Source of the DNA: Hormiphora californensis
Lineage: Eukaryota; Animalia; Ctenophora
Assembly (NCBI GenBank): GCA_020137815.1
Contig: CM035362.1
Span: forward strand, 6,138,001 to 6,202,000
Direction of reading: 5' to 3'
Length of the DNA: 64,000 bases
Below, in pieces: positions 36,864 through 50,224 of the stretch (positions within the stretch are counted from its first letter, which is position 1; every line of letters begins with the position of its first letter). A program made the position numbers and the translations under genes. Under the pieces are notes generated by a model. The model was given only the letters and a program-made list of their open reading frames with translations. It was not told where the DNA came from and did not search any database.

Positions 36864-39800
36864 TTGGACCCACAACTTTGAACCCATATAGCGTCTTTCT
36901 AGACCATATTTGAAAGTTTTAACCCTTTAAGGACGAGAAGGATTGGCTCGATAGATTTTTCTAATTTTTCGTTTATAAGTAGATATTATTACCACAAACT
37001 ACCTCGAAAAGAAATTTGAAGTTTCGACATGTAGTTTTTGCTGGGCCCACTGTGTCATATATGACTCTATCGTCCGTAAGGGAATTCTAGTAACAAATGT
37101 AGTTGTGCAAAGTATGGGTCCAATAGCAAATTTTATGCTTTGAGGCAGTCTATAGCTATAATTTCTACAATCTTGAACGGTTTTTACTAGAAAAACCCCA
37201 AATTCTACATTTTGTATCATATATGACTCTATCGTCCCAATTGGTAAATTCTCCAAAAACATCATAACTCGGGCTAGAAAAGGAGCTAAGAGTCATCAGG
37301 GCATTAAACTGTGTAGAATCATCGCATTAGTGGGGGTAGAGCACATATTTAGGTCGCTATCTTGCCCCCTAATTGAGATAATTGGATAATTAGCCAATTA
37401 TCTGTCCCGCGCATGCTAATAAATGAAACTTTGCTTTGGGAAGGAGTTATGAGGCAAATGGGGGCACTAAAATGTGTAGAATCATCACATTAGTGGGGTT
37501 AGAGCACATATTGGTCTCTATCTGGACCCCTAATGAGATAATTGGATAATAGCTAATTAGGTGCCATCCAGCGCTAAAAAATAAATTTGGCGGAGTATAC
37601 AAGACAAATGGGGGCACTAAAATGTGTAAAATCGTCGCCTTAGTGGGGGGCAGAGCACATAGCTGAGTTTCTATTCCCGCTCCTAATTGAGATAATTGGT
37701 AATTAGCTAATTGACGGTTGCATAATGCCCCCTTTTCACCATATACCGTGGTTTCTGGCTAATCCTGAGCTTTTGTTCAATCTAAGGATCTTTCGGCATC
37801 CCTTTACCCCATTTATTCACCTTTGACCGTTTTACACAATAATATAGCACTCTAGATACAACCCAGACGCCGACTTCAGCTCTGTACAACTCCCTTGCTT
37901 CATCCTACTCCTAGCAGACCTCTCATACTAAACGCCTTCTACAGATCATCTTATTTCCGATGGAGTTATGAGAAGTTTCCTTAGTGCCAAATGAGATTGT
38001 GAGAGTGATGAGGAGAAATAATGTAGGGGGAATCTAAACTGTGTGTCCAATAATAAAATGGGAAACAGTAGTACATTAGGGGTTGAACGTCTTGTAGGAG
38101 CAATAGGATATCCCAAAAAATCGGTTAGGAAGGTGTATGGATCTCGAAATTATGAGAGGTCTAGGATAAGCAGATGGTTCTAAAGAGCTGAAGGCGGTGT
38201 CTAGGGTTGTGTGCTATATTAGTGTGTAAAACGAGTCAAAGGTGATACAAATGGGTAAAGGGATGCTAGAAGGGCCTTATATTGAACAAAAGAGCTCAGG
38301 ATTAGCCAGAAACCACGGTTTATGGTGAAAAGGGGGGCATTATGCAACCGTCAATTAGCTAATTATCCAATTATCTCAATTAGGAGCGGGAATAGAAACT
38401 CAGCTATGTGCTCTGCCTCTACTAAGGCGACGATTTTACGTATTTTAGTACCCCCAGTTGTCTTGTATACTCCGCCAAATTTGATTTTTTAGCGCTGGAT
38501 GGCAGCTAATTAGCTAATTATCCAATTATCTCAATTAGGGGTCCAGATAGAGACCTAAATATGTGCTCTAACCCCACTAATGTGATGATTCTACACATTT
38601 TAGTACCCCCATTTGCCTCATAACTCCTTCCCAAAGCAAGGTTTCATTATAGCATGCGGGGGACAGATAATTGGATATTTCCAATATCTCAATTAGGGGG
38701 CAAGATAGCGACCAAATATGTGCTCTACCCCCACTAATGCGATGATTTACACAGTTTAGTGCCCTGATTCGACTCTTAGCTCCTTTTCTAGCCCGAGTTA
38801 GGATGTTTTTGGAGAATTTACCAATTGGGACGATAGAGTCATATATGATACAAAATGTAGAATTTGGGGTATTTCTAGTAAAAACCGTTCAAGATTGTAG
38901 AAATTATAGCTATAGACTGCCTCAAAGCATAAAATTTGACTATTGGACCCATACTTTGCACAAATGACATTTGTTACTAGAATTCCCTTACGGACGATAG
39001 AGTCATATATGATACAGCGACTAAAACGTTAATAACTCATTCAATTTTCAATATTTTTTGATGCGGTTTTTTTGCATTCGTTTGTTATGTCAAGTAGTTT
39101 TATCCCTTCAAAGGATTATTTGTGCCCCTCAAAAACAAAAATTTGAGAGGGGTTTTTAAAAAAAGGCTTAAATTAGCCTCCGAGAAGGGCCATAAAAAAA
39201 TTTTTTCGATTTTCCGAGCTGATTTGGACGTGGTTTTGGGTTAAAAATCCCTAAAACTAGCTTGTGACAAAAAATTAGCAACCTAGACATCATGTAGCGC
39301 CTTCCAGACGGTCTAGAATGGACCGTGTCATATATGACCTATCGCCCTCAAAGGGTTAAATCGTTTCCAGGGTTGAACCATACATTTTTCTAGCATTTTG
39401 AGGTCGTTTTGAGCTTCTGAAGTTATCGACTTTGGAAAACAGGGCTAAAACAGTGCATTTGGTAGGCAAAATGGGTAGTTTAATGGCCATATCTCAAAAT
39501 TGGTACGAGTATAATTAAAATGGACTTGGAAAATGCAAGAAAAGTGGTATTTTACCCGGGGTAAGTTTCAGGGTGATGTTCCAAATTTTGTGCCTCTCAG
39601 AGGCCTTCAAAGTGCTGGGTCACCTGTGACCCAATCGTCCCCTAACGCTAAAAACGGAATTTGCATTTTACGAGCATTTCTAAAGGAATGGCCCCCGATA
39701 AAAGTCTAAAACGGCATTTTTTAAACAGTTGCTAGCGACTAACCGACTCTATCATTGTTATCTGAATCTTAGGTAGTCGATGAAAAAATTTTTGAGATCC

Positions 39801-40148
39801 GTGCTCCTTCAGAAAATTTTTCATCTCGGCCAATTTTGAAATTCTAAAACGGCTACAGATGAGATAGAGAAGCATAGGGTGTGCAAACTGTGCAGAATGG
39901 CCGGGTTTTATTAAGTGTTATGAACAAAACATAGAGTCTAAAATGAGCGGTTTTCGAGTTATCGGGCAAAATAGGGCAAAATCTCAATTCTATTTTAGCG
40001 TTAGGGGACGATTGGGTCACAGGTGACCCAAAGAAATACAGGTGGTAGAACCAAAATTCCTTTTCCTGCGTTCAAGTAGGTTCAAAGTGAGTGTCTCCAG
40101 AAAGTTTTAGAGAATTCTGTCGACAGGGGGCTTATCGTCCCCAAAGGG
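36864..40148. mobile_element. Nested non-autonomous piggyBac-like elements: inner 36923-39355 (TTAA flanks, long internal inverted repeat); outer left-truncated, right end 40148
   Basis: ttaa|CCCTTTAAGGACGA ... TCGCCCTCAAAGGG|ttaa; second end TCGTCCCCAAAGGG|ttat; no transposase ORF. Confidence 0.75.
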
Positions 40149-40727
40149 TTATACCATTCATCTCATACAACAATTATTCTCTCTCACTTTCTCATTCTCT
40201 CTAAGCAACAAAGTCACGTGGCTATATTCAATATTTCTACTCTTCTAAAATATTAGCCCAAATACTTTCCGCCCAATATCTCTCCATAACTAAAGTAACA
40301 AATAAATAATATCGAATCTCCCCCAAAGAATTCCTAAATATCTATATCCTCCTAACTCACTCTCAACCATCATAAGATCATCAAATACCTATCATGACTA
40401 ACTCTCAGTCACCCTGAGAGAGAAACAATGTAGGAACACGAGGAACCTAACACGTGTGCCCTAGAGTTTTAGATTGGTTGGATATTGGTTGGAGATTGGT
40501 TGGAGATTAGTTGGAGATTGGTTGGAGATTGGGTAAAGATTGGTTGGAGATTAGTTCGGGATTGGTTGGAGATTGATTGGAGATTGGTTGGAAATTGGTT
40601 GGTGATTGGTTCGAGATTGGTTGGAGATTGGTTGGAGATTGGTTGGAGATTGGTTGGAGATTGGTTGGAGATTGGAGAAACCATAATTTACAAAAGACTC
40701 TGAAACAAAAACATATATGTACTACAT

Positions 40728-40984
40728 ACTAGACCAAAAAACAAAGGAAATTTGTTTGGAACACCCGTGGCCTTTTTCGATACTTGACGCTGCGGGAAAT
40801 GCACCCATAATCTGAGCTATACTACTAGGTATCGTTGTGCCATCTCTACAAGTTCTAACATACGCACACTTTCTCTCACTCTTCCTCGCGTCTTGCTCTG
40901 ACGAAGGGTGCATTTCCCGCAGCGTCAAGTATCGAAAAAGGCCACGGGTGTTCCAAACAAATTTCCTTTGTTTTTTGGTCTAGT
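40728..40984. mobile_element. Small foldback with ~79-bp perfect arms
   Basis: ACTAGACCAAAAAACAAAGG...GCACCC and its exact reverse complement. Confidence 0.75.
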
Positions 40985-43239
40985 TGTTGCAATGCTAGGT
41001 TTTGCGGGTTTAAGCGGGGTTTTAACGGTTAGCATTGCCTCACTAAAGTCACCTAGACAAAAGCGGTATTTCCAGTTTCGTGCATGAGCTAAGGCTCACC
41101 TCCTAATTGGTCTAAGTCTCAAAGTAATACACCTCAATTTGGTATAGATAAGAAAGTAATGTATCATGTTCAAGTTCACTAATCATGCTTCTACACATCT
41201 CACATTCTAATGTCACTACACAACTAATTCTGTCTATATTGTCTCAGTCTATAAGTCTCAACTATCTCACTAATCTATCTACTCAACTCTACTCTACTCT
41301 ACAGTTCACATATAGGTTTACGATGACTGATAGGACATCTGCTTGGCAAACAATGCTTCGTAGTACATATATTATTGACATGGGGACATCTGCTTGGCAT
41401 GGCTCGCTATGCCTACAGTTCACATAGAATATTTACAACAAGATGTCCCACTACTTGGGAGAGCTACTCTGCTTAGCATGGCTCGCTATGCTTACAGTTA
41501 TGAGCTGAGCTGAATGCTGAAATGGTGTCCCTTTTATACTGCTCCGGACCAGGCTTATCTCATGATGATCTATTATTGACGTATTTCCTGGCTGTGGGCC
41601 ATCTGTGTCTCGTGATTGTCCATTGACCTCCTTTGGCACCCTCTTATAGTTTCTCACTTTAGTTTATGTCTTTAGCTTCATCTCTCACGTCACGATGTGC
41701 TAACTAACTGGCGGGTCATCATTCCATCATGTAATTGGCATGTCGCCAGGCAATTAAAAGTAATCAATTCGTTATGGTCGAATTCTGGGTTTGGTCCAGC
41801 ACGTCACGGTATTGTAAGATGTAATCTAAATCACATGATCCTCGCACGACTATGTTCATTATCTCACGTAAGGGAACATCTCACGTTTGACTGTCATGTC
41901 TTTCCCTGGCCAGGTAATCACTGTGCCAACTTCCGGGTGTGATTGAATAATGGTTCAGTATAGGAATATGTAATATTCCAACAACCCCACCTTTTATGTT
42001 TTTAGCGTTCTCTCCGGTTTTTTGGATTTCTTCCGATCTTCAAATCTGTATTTATTTTGTTCCGATCTTCCAACATCACCCTTCCTTTTTTGTTTTTTAG
42101 GCTTCCTCCATATTTTTTAGTGTTTTTCCTCCTCCTTCTTCTTCTTTTTCTGCGATGTGACCGGTATATTGCCAGGCTGCTTCGGCCCAAAGAGACTTGG
42201 GGAGCTGGTGCCATACCAAATCACAGGTTGTGCTGGATTAATCGACCCTCAATTCTTTATCCACTCTCTATTCAGTCTGCAACTCCAACATCATAGGGAC
42301 ATCACTCCTCCTTTTGGTTTTTTCAGACCGTTTCCTCTTGTTTTTCGGCGTTTCATTGTGTATAGTAGACGTCCCTCACAGTTCACACTCTACTCTCTCA
42401 GTATCCTTATCTTACTTACTTCTTCACTCTTTAAAATATCACACACTAAAATTCTTACTTATAATATTTTTCTCTGCTAAGTTTCCTATTCACACTCACT
42501 CACACACTTTGCACACTTTATAGTTCACATTTCACACTTCAGTCTTGTGGCTTCTGCGGTATTATCTCAACACAGGCGTCTTTGCGGAACTTAGAATATC
42601 ATCACATGCACCCCACATTTCAAACAATCATGCATCCTGAGAGCTAGCTGACTTACTTTTCCTCTTCCTCTGATCATCTATTATCTGATTATATATCTTT
42701 TTAGAAAGTCTATCTTTTGCTGATAATGTTCCTTGAGTCTTCATTTTATCATATTTCACATCTATCATTCTTTAATCGTTCTTCATCACTCCTCGTCGTT
42801 TACAAAAACTTTACCTTTCTTGTTGTATTCATTATAAGTCCTCATTGTCCGTTTTCTATCTGTTATTTCCGGTAGATTCATACTCGGCACCCCTGTTGTC
42901 TTTGTGACTGGTACTTTCATGTATTATCTGTCCTTCCTCCATCTGTATGTAATACTGTCCTCATCTTTCTGTCTTTTGGATATTATGTTCTTTGTCCTCG
43001 TACTTTCTGGTCCAGCGGTTCGTTTTTAATATCTTGCCAAACATTTTCTGTAGTTTGTCTCCACAGTTTGTTTCCACAGTGGTTTTAATTGTATTTGTTT
43101 TTGTGTCATGTCTGTCGATTCTGTCAATTTGTTTTGATTTGTCTCCACTACCTGTACTGTCTCCTCACTTGTTGATTAATTGTTTGCATTACCTTTTTAT
43201 TATCTTGCTATATCTTTGTCATGACAGTATTCCATTCTT

Positions 43240-43890
43240 ATCTTTGTCATTATTACCTTGCCATAGTTCACTTCTCATTATTTATCACTACCACCTTTAG
43301 CTTTTAATTTGTCACCCTGTCATTATTACCTTGTCACTACTACCTTGTCATTATCACTTTGTCCCTATCACCTAGCCATTGTTACCTTCTCTTTGTCTTC
43401 ATTACCTTGTCACTGTTACCTTGTCTTTCTCTTCGCAACCTTGTTACTATTATATTGCGACTGTTACCTTCTCAATGTTACTTTGACACCTTTTCATTGT
43501 TACCTGTTCATTATTACTTGTCACTACCACCTTGTCACCTTGTATTTGTCCCTATTACCTTGTCACTGCTACCTTGTCATTGTCTTCACAGCCTTGTATA
43601 ATATTGCGACTGTTACCTTCTCATTTATACTTTGTCACTACTATCTTGTCTTTGTTACTTCCTCATTATTACCTTGTCACTACTTCATTGTCACTGTTAC
43701 TTCCTCATTATTACTTTGTCACTATTATATTGTCACTGTTACTTCCTCATTATTACTTTGTCACTATTATATTTTCACTGTCACTTCCTCATTATTACTT
43801 TGTCACTACAGTCTTGTCTTTGTCTTTACTATTTGTCACTATTACACTGACATTTCTACCTTCTTACAATCTTACTTTTACTTTGTCACT
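43240..43890. repeat. Degenerate TTATTACYTTGTCAC-based tandem repeat; (CTCCAATAATA)n array at 44440-44580
   Basis: Direct observation. Confidence 0.8.
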
Positions 43891-44053
43891 TCACAACGGC
43901 CTAGTCTGTCTCCTTATTTACTCATTTTCTCGAGCTCTCTCTTTATGAACTTGAATGTATTGTGAAAACTTGAAAACATTTACTTGTGTACTAACTTTGT
44001 GCATAGCATGTGTCCGATCAACTTGATTGGGATCAATGTCCCCATTTGTGATA

Positions 44054-44186
44054 CAGCCGTGCCTCTACTCACCGGCCACCGATCTACCGGAAACCTTATC
44101 GATACAGGGAATCAAATATATTTTACTCCGGTGTACCGGTACCCCGATTCACCGCAAAATTTTCTCGTTAAACCGGAGTCCGACTG
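44054..44186. mobile_element. Short decayed Tc1/mariner-type MITE
   Basis: ta|CAGCCGTGCCTC ... GGAGTCCGACTG|ta. Confidence 0.6.
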
Positions 44187-46659
44187 TATTCAAATCTATT
44201 TATTTTATTATGCCCAGATATAATATCATTTATCCTATATTTTCATACATATAATTTTCATAAATAATTCCTGATCCTAAAGATTGTATTATCATATCTC
44301 AGATTATTCACTTAGTCAATTTATTAATTACTAAACTTTTATCACATTAATCACTTATTCTTTAATTACTTTAATTTCATCACTTATCACTTAACTCCAC
44401 TTATTTTAACTTGCTTTAGCATTTATTCCAATTTTATTCACTCCAATAATACTCCAATAATACTCCAATAATACTCCCATAATACTCCAATAATACTCCA
44501 ATAATACTCCAATAATACTCCAATAATACTCCAATAATGCTCCAATAATTCTCCAATAATACTTCAATAATACTCATAATTATTATCCAGCTAATTAAAT
44601 CATTGAAAATTTGTTCCATTTTTAATCGAGAAATCGAGTGATCAGTTCGACTCTCCATATGATCACAGTGATCAGCTGCTTTCATATGTTATGGAGACAA
44701 AGTTCAACAACTACACAGGCGTCCCTGTGGCAACGCGTTGCTAAATTAACTGCAGTTTAACTTATCTAATCAATTAATTACTTATTTTTTATAACTTATC
44801 TCTGATATTACTTTCATACTTTCAACTTAATATTCTCATAATTAATTTAGTATTTTCAAAACTCATTATTCATTTTCCTTAATTTTTTTTTTTCACCGTA
44901 CATGTACTTCACGCCTGCTAATCATTAAGCTAACTCCCGTTGCATGTTAAATACTTTATTTATTATTTTATTATCACTTTATCAAACTCCGTTAATCACT
45001 TATATAACTACCATTTGCAACGTTAAGTAATGTCTCACAACCTTATATCACCATTATAACATTATCTAGCCGGCCGGCATAATTTAAAATCATCACAATT
45101 ATCTTCTTCCCCATATAATATATAATTTCGCTCTTAGTTAACACATTTCCAACTCTTATATTAATTAAACTCACACTTATCTCATTACAGCTTAATTCAA
45201 CTTTTATCGGGCTTTGAACTTAACAGGCTAATTTGATCGGAACACAATGCTCATTATATAATACACACACATACACTTTTCGAAATTATTTTACCCCTCC
45301 ATTTTCCTATTTTAGTTTCCTTAATTTTGTGCCTCATGTGTTTCTTCTTTATGGGATAATTCCAGAACACTATAGGTCCACGGACAGAAAAATGAGCTAG
45401 ACCCACCCTCATTGACGAGAACTCTACGAAAGGCTTTACATAGTCAGTTCCCGACAACAGAAGCAGATCTGCTCCCTCGTGCCTGCAACCCAATAATTCA
45501 TTAATTATCCATGATTTAAACATCTACTAATTAGGCCCCATACTATACTATACATATTGGTGCAGATTGTTTCAATTATAAACTTAACTTTTCAGACATT
45601 CAATTGACAAAGTAATTTTTCCTAATTTGTTCTGACTCAACTTATTTTAACTCATCAATGACAACCCTAAACTAATCTTAACTGAACCTGTCAGGCTAAT
45701 AAAATGCTCTGACAGAACTCAAATGATCTCCTAAACCAGCTCAAACCAACCGTAACTCAATCTCTCACAATTTAAATTTACAACCTAACTTTACTTTAAA
45801 TCCATTCACCAGGACAACCCCTACGGGATAGATGCTCTACGAGAGAATTTACACAGCCAACATCCACCCAAAGGAACTGGCCCAGCAAAATAATTAATAC
45901 ACAATACATGAACATATGCTATTAAATGTATGCAGAAACTAAAACTTTTCGAATTCATGCTAAATAATATTAAATAAGTATTCTAAATGTACTCAAATTC
46001 CTGCTTTTATAGATTCAACAAAACTTTGATGACCACATGCTTATCAAGTATCAAGTATCGCCACAGTCGCTACTCTACTTAATTTTAACATAATCCCATT
46101 AATCTATTTCTACTTAACTCTCCCAACCTAATTCACTTAATTTATTTTGACTTTCCCTACTTGAAAAAAATTACTTGGCATGAATTAAATTTACTTATAG
46201 GAACATTAATTTTCAACTTTTTAATTTTTTAATTTAATACATATTTATTACTTTTAACCGAACATTGTATTTGATATCTACTTTTCTTGATTTACACCAT
46301 GTTTCACACACATCCATTATCATTATCCATACATTTCCACCAACTAATATCCCTTTGGGGATAGAGGCACATATATAACAAAACGAAAAAATTACCCAGC
46401 AATCAACGTTTCACAACTCATTATTGACAATGAACCACTCTTACAAAGAGCACACTGAGCTAGAAAGCCGAATAATAATTTGGGTGACAAGTCCCATGTT
46501 CACAGTAAACAGTTGTGGTGCATGTTAACATTGTTAATCTAGTTGAATTGTTCTTCAGACTGCACGAATTTATTTGAATGGTTCATACTTTCAAACATAC
46601 TGTTACACAATTTCAAGCGATTCAATATATTATATAAAACTTTAACTTACTAATTCTTT

Positions 46660-47607
46660 TCATGTCTGATTGTTGTTCAGCCTATTCTTGCTTTTCAGGT
46701 TTTGAGAAGATTCCTCCTTCAATCTTTTCCGCTTTTCCTTTGACTTTTTATTTGATTTAGCTACACTCTCCTTGCCTTTCTTTTTTGAGTCATTCCGCAT
46801 ATAGCTTTTCATTTTTATAACTTTATTCTGCCTCTCCTCAGGATCCACTTCAGCCCAGTAGTCCGAGTAGACTCTGAGAAGGTGTCTGATTTTATCCCCA
46901 TTCTCCTCCATTCCAAATGAGCTGTCCATCCGCTCCGACAATTCCACCTTGAATTCCGTGTAAGCCAAATCTCCAATTAAGCCATACAATTCTTCAATTA
47001 ACACACTGGAAGGTTTGTATTTCGATACTTTTTTATCTTCATCCTCTTGCCTGGCCTTCGCTATCTCTTCCTCAACTGCTTCGCTTATCTTCGTATATTG
47101 CATGGCATACATATAATCCCAATAGTCCCACTTTACACCACCATTTTTACTCTCGACATTCTCTGCACTTTTCGAGCTCTCCCCTCTTTCCTCCTGGCTT
47201 CCGAAAGGCACACAACCACTATCGACCACGTTTGACTCAACTTTTTCCAACTTTGTCTCCTCGTTAACTTTCAGACAGTTCCTCCGCTCGCTCAGACATT
47301 CAAACTCTCGAGACAGACATCCTAATTCTCGAGACAGGTATTCATAATGTCTTGCCAAGTACCCATATCGACCGGAAATCCCACTCCCCGACGAACACCC
47401 GCCACAAGCTCGAACTACATCCACAGTAGACACGACTGACTCCGGTCCAACGTTCGTTTCCATCTTCCTCCTTTTTCCTTTGGCCGTGTTCCTCTCCGCC
47501 GACACATCGACACTCCTTTGGGCCAGCGGCGACAACATGGCAGTGTCCATCACAAAGCGAAAAATATCCTCGACATCCGGGCTGTTTGTTCGTTTTGCTT
47601 TGTACAT
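46660..47607 (-). CDS. 315-aa intronless ORF of the LTR element, unknown function (heptad repeat, Lys-rich C-terminus)
   Basis: Long open frame in AT-rich context, sense to the element; no recognisable gag/pol motif. Confidence 0.6.
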   Translation of the reverse strand: MYKAKRTNSPDVEDIFRFVMDTAMLSPLAQRSVDVSAERNTAKGKRRKMETNVGPESVVSTVDVVRACGGCSSGSGISGRYGYLARHYEYLSRELGCLSREFECLSERRNCLKVNEETKLEKVESNVVDSGCVPFGSQEERGESSKSAENVESKNGGVKWDYWDYMYAMQYTKISEAVEEEIAKARQEDEDKKVSKYKPSSVLIEELYGLIGDLAYTEFKVELSERMDSSFGMEENGDKIRHLLRVYSDYWAEVDPEERQNKVIKMKSYMRNDSKKKGKESVAKSNKKSKEKRKRLKEESSQNLKSKNRLNNNQT

Positions 47608-49394
47608 TTCTAGATTGTATTTTTGTTAATTTATCTATTTCTAGGCGAACTTGTGTTCGCTAACTGTTAAAATAAAGCGGAAGATTGTACTGTATTCTAT
47701 AAACGTTGCAAAGACTGGTTTAATCAAATAAATTGATGATATGATGTAAATTAAAATGCGATATGTTGTCCTAATTGTAGTCTCTTGTTGATTCAATTTT
47801 AATAATATGTATACACATACATTCAAGCTTACTTAACATGATAAGGCTTGCTTAATTAAATATGAAGTCTAATAATTATTTAAAGCAATTCAATTTTGTT
47901 ATAATCACTTAACAAGTCGTTCCTAACAAGTCTAGTAAATACACACAGAAAATATACATGTTCTTCCGTCATGTTTTTGTCTCTCTCTCTCTCCCTCTCT
48001 TTCCTTCTCTCTCTCTCTTGAAATAATACCATCTCTATTTACACCACAATTACCGTCATTTCTGATCATACTCGCAGCTTCAATTTCTTTACAATTACAA
48101 TACCCAAGCCACGTGACTCGTGAGCCATTTCCTTGTTTAACTATGCCTTTCATTCGCCATGTCTTATTTTTTTTTTTTGCCCAAATGCTAATACTACCAT
48201 TTCCCCGTTGCCCTTCCTCTACCATATGGCCACGGCAGTCGTAATAATTCTCTATTTTCACCCATCAGATTGGCACCAATCAACTGACTTGTATATTACT
48301 TTGACTTTATTTTACTATTTCTTTTTACTACACCTTTTTTAACCTCTTATTATATGTCCTCTACCTATGCTTATTCACATAACTTCTAATTATTCAATTT
48401 GACTAATTTTTAAATAGCTCACTTCCCTTTAACTTCCTTAATTCTATGTAATCTAGAGCTACTATCCTACTATGTAATTTTATGTAATTGCCTTTTCTTC
48501 CCGCAATGTCATTATCTATTTTCGCCTGTTTGCTATTTTCTACTCTGATCTATATGGTTTGTGTTACAAATATCTTGCCATCTAGAATGGATATGATGTT
48601 ACTATGATTCCCTCCCCATGATCTCCAACTACTATTCAACATTTCAAGGACATCTTTTCAACTAAAATTCCCGACAATTTGTAACTAACTTTCATCGCTT
48701 ATCGCATTTATCAACAACGTTCTTCAATCTTAGTAGTATAGTGCGGACAGTTGGGACCTATTTTAGCCTCCTAAGCGAGCCACCATTTTGTATGTGCATG
48801 TCACGTGACTTCTAATTACCAAAATTATGCGGCGCTGGCAAGAGTTGTTCATTAGAATATTGGGAGCGCCGGCAAGGGCCTTGGAATTTATTTTGGCGCT
48901 GACAAGGGCCCACATTCGCGATTGGGATTTCTGTATGATGTCAATTTTTGTTTGGGATTTCTGTGTGATCTCACCCCTATCACATTACACTCCTGCCACA
49001 ATGCATATAACTTTCTCTCTCTTTTCTCGTGCTGGTGTTCTGATACAAATAATAGAATACTCCAGAGTTCCCCCAATATTCATCTAATGTTCTTTTGTTA
49101 TTCTTATCGTTCTTTTGGTATTCCAGTGACTTTTCATTAGAAAGGAACGAGCCGGGAACGGTGAAAATTACAAAAGAACAGCATCGGAACGGTTTTTTGT
49201 TAGATAAGAAAAGTTGGAAAATACAAAAGAACAGTGGAAATTAGAACGGAACAACAGCGGAACGACGGCGGAACAGTAAAATGTTGCAAAATGTTTCGTA
49301 AACGAAAACATAACAACTTTGTGTCTATAAACAAATTAAGAGACAGGTTTTTCTCGAGACAAATTAATGAATAAATAAAATGCTAGCAGTTATA

Positions 49395-49832
49395 TCAAAA
49401 TTGAATCTTCATTATATCAAATCTAATGCAGACCACAGCTTCGACTTTCCATGCTGTAGATGGGCGTGAACTCCTTGCTATTTCTAGCAGATCTTCCCGT
49501 TCTATATTTTCTTTTACTTTTTTCACGTCTTCTCGCCCAGAAATTAATTGAGCAGTCTCAAAAACCATTGTATTATTAGAAGGGTGATAAAATTTAACTT
49601 CACCAGTAAGTTTGTTTGTCATAAAAAATCCGAATGCGACATTCAGTTTTATATCATTCTGATAGTTTTCCAAGACTTTATCTAGTTTACCAAAAATTCC
49701 ATCAGTGGGTGACAGTGGAAAATGATAAATATCTTTTAGTTTGCCTTTTGTAGTACGCTGACGAATAGTTGACCAATTTTTCCGGTACAACTCCCAAAAC
49801 TTGACGGGCACAGTATCTAGAAACGCGTCCAT
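49395..49832 (-). CDS. 145-aa protein resembling the N-terminal (pre-exonuclease, putative terminal-protein) region of Polinton pPolB
   Basis: LYRKNWSTIR, KLNVAFGF..N..TGEVKFYHPSNN, DLLEIARSSRPSTAWKV; ATG start, stop, TATATAAA ~45 nt upstream. Confidence 0.7.
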   Translation of the reverse strand: MDAFLDTVPVKFWELYRKNWSTIRQRTTKGKLKDIYHFPLSPTDGIFGKLDKVLENYQNDIKLNVAFGFFMTNKLTGEVKFYHPSNNTMVFETAQLISGREDVKKVKENIEREDLLEIARSSRPSTAWKVEAVVCIRFDIMKIQF

Positions 49833-50224
49833 GATTCTTATGGTAGCAATTATGCATAATTATGGTAACACCGGTTTATATAGCCAAAGATATGTTCTAC
49901 TTCAATTATCGACGGGTCATAGCACTGTTATTCCCAGTGTTCTTTTGGTATTCCAGTGACTTTTCATGAGAAAGGAACGAGACGGGAACAGTGAAAACTA
50001 CAAAAGAACAGCAACGGAATGTTTTTTTCGTTAGAAAGGAAAAGTTGGAAAATACAAAAGAACAGTGGATATTAGAACGGAACAACAGCGGAACGACAGC
50101 GGAACAGTGAAATATTGTAAACTGTTGCAAAATGTTTGATTCACTGGAACAATAAAACCTACTTTGTTTTTGGTTTGTAAAACAAATAAAAAGACCTTTT
50201 TTCAAAAAAAAGAAATATAATTAA

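Noticed and set aside
42992-43965. Hydrophobic Leu/Cys/His/Tyr-rich ORFs
   Set aside because: Derived from a degenerate tandem repeat, antisense to the LTR element.
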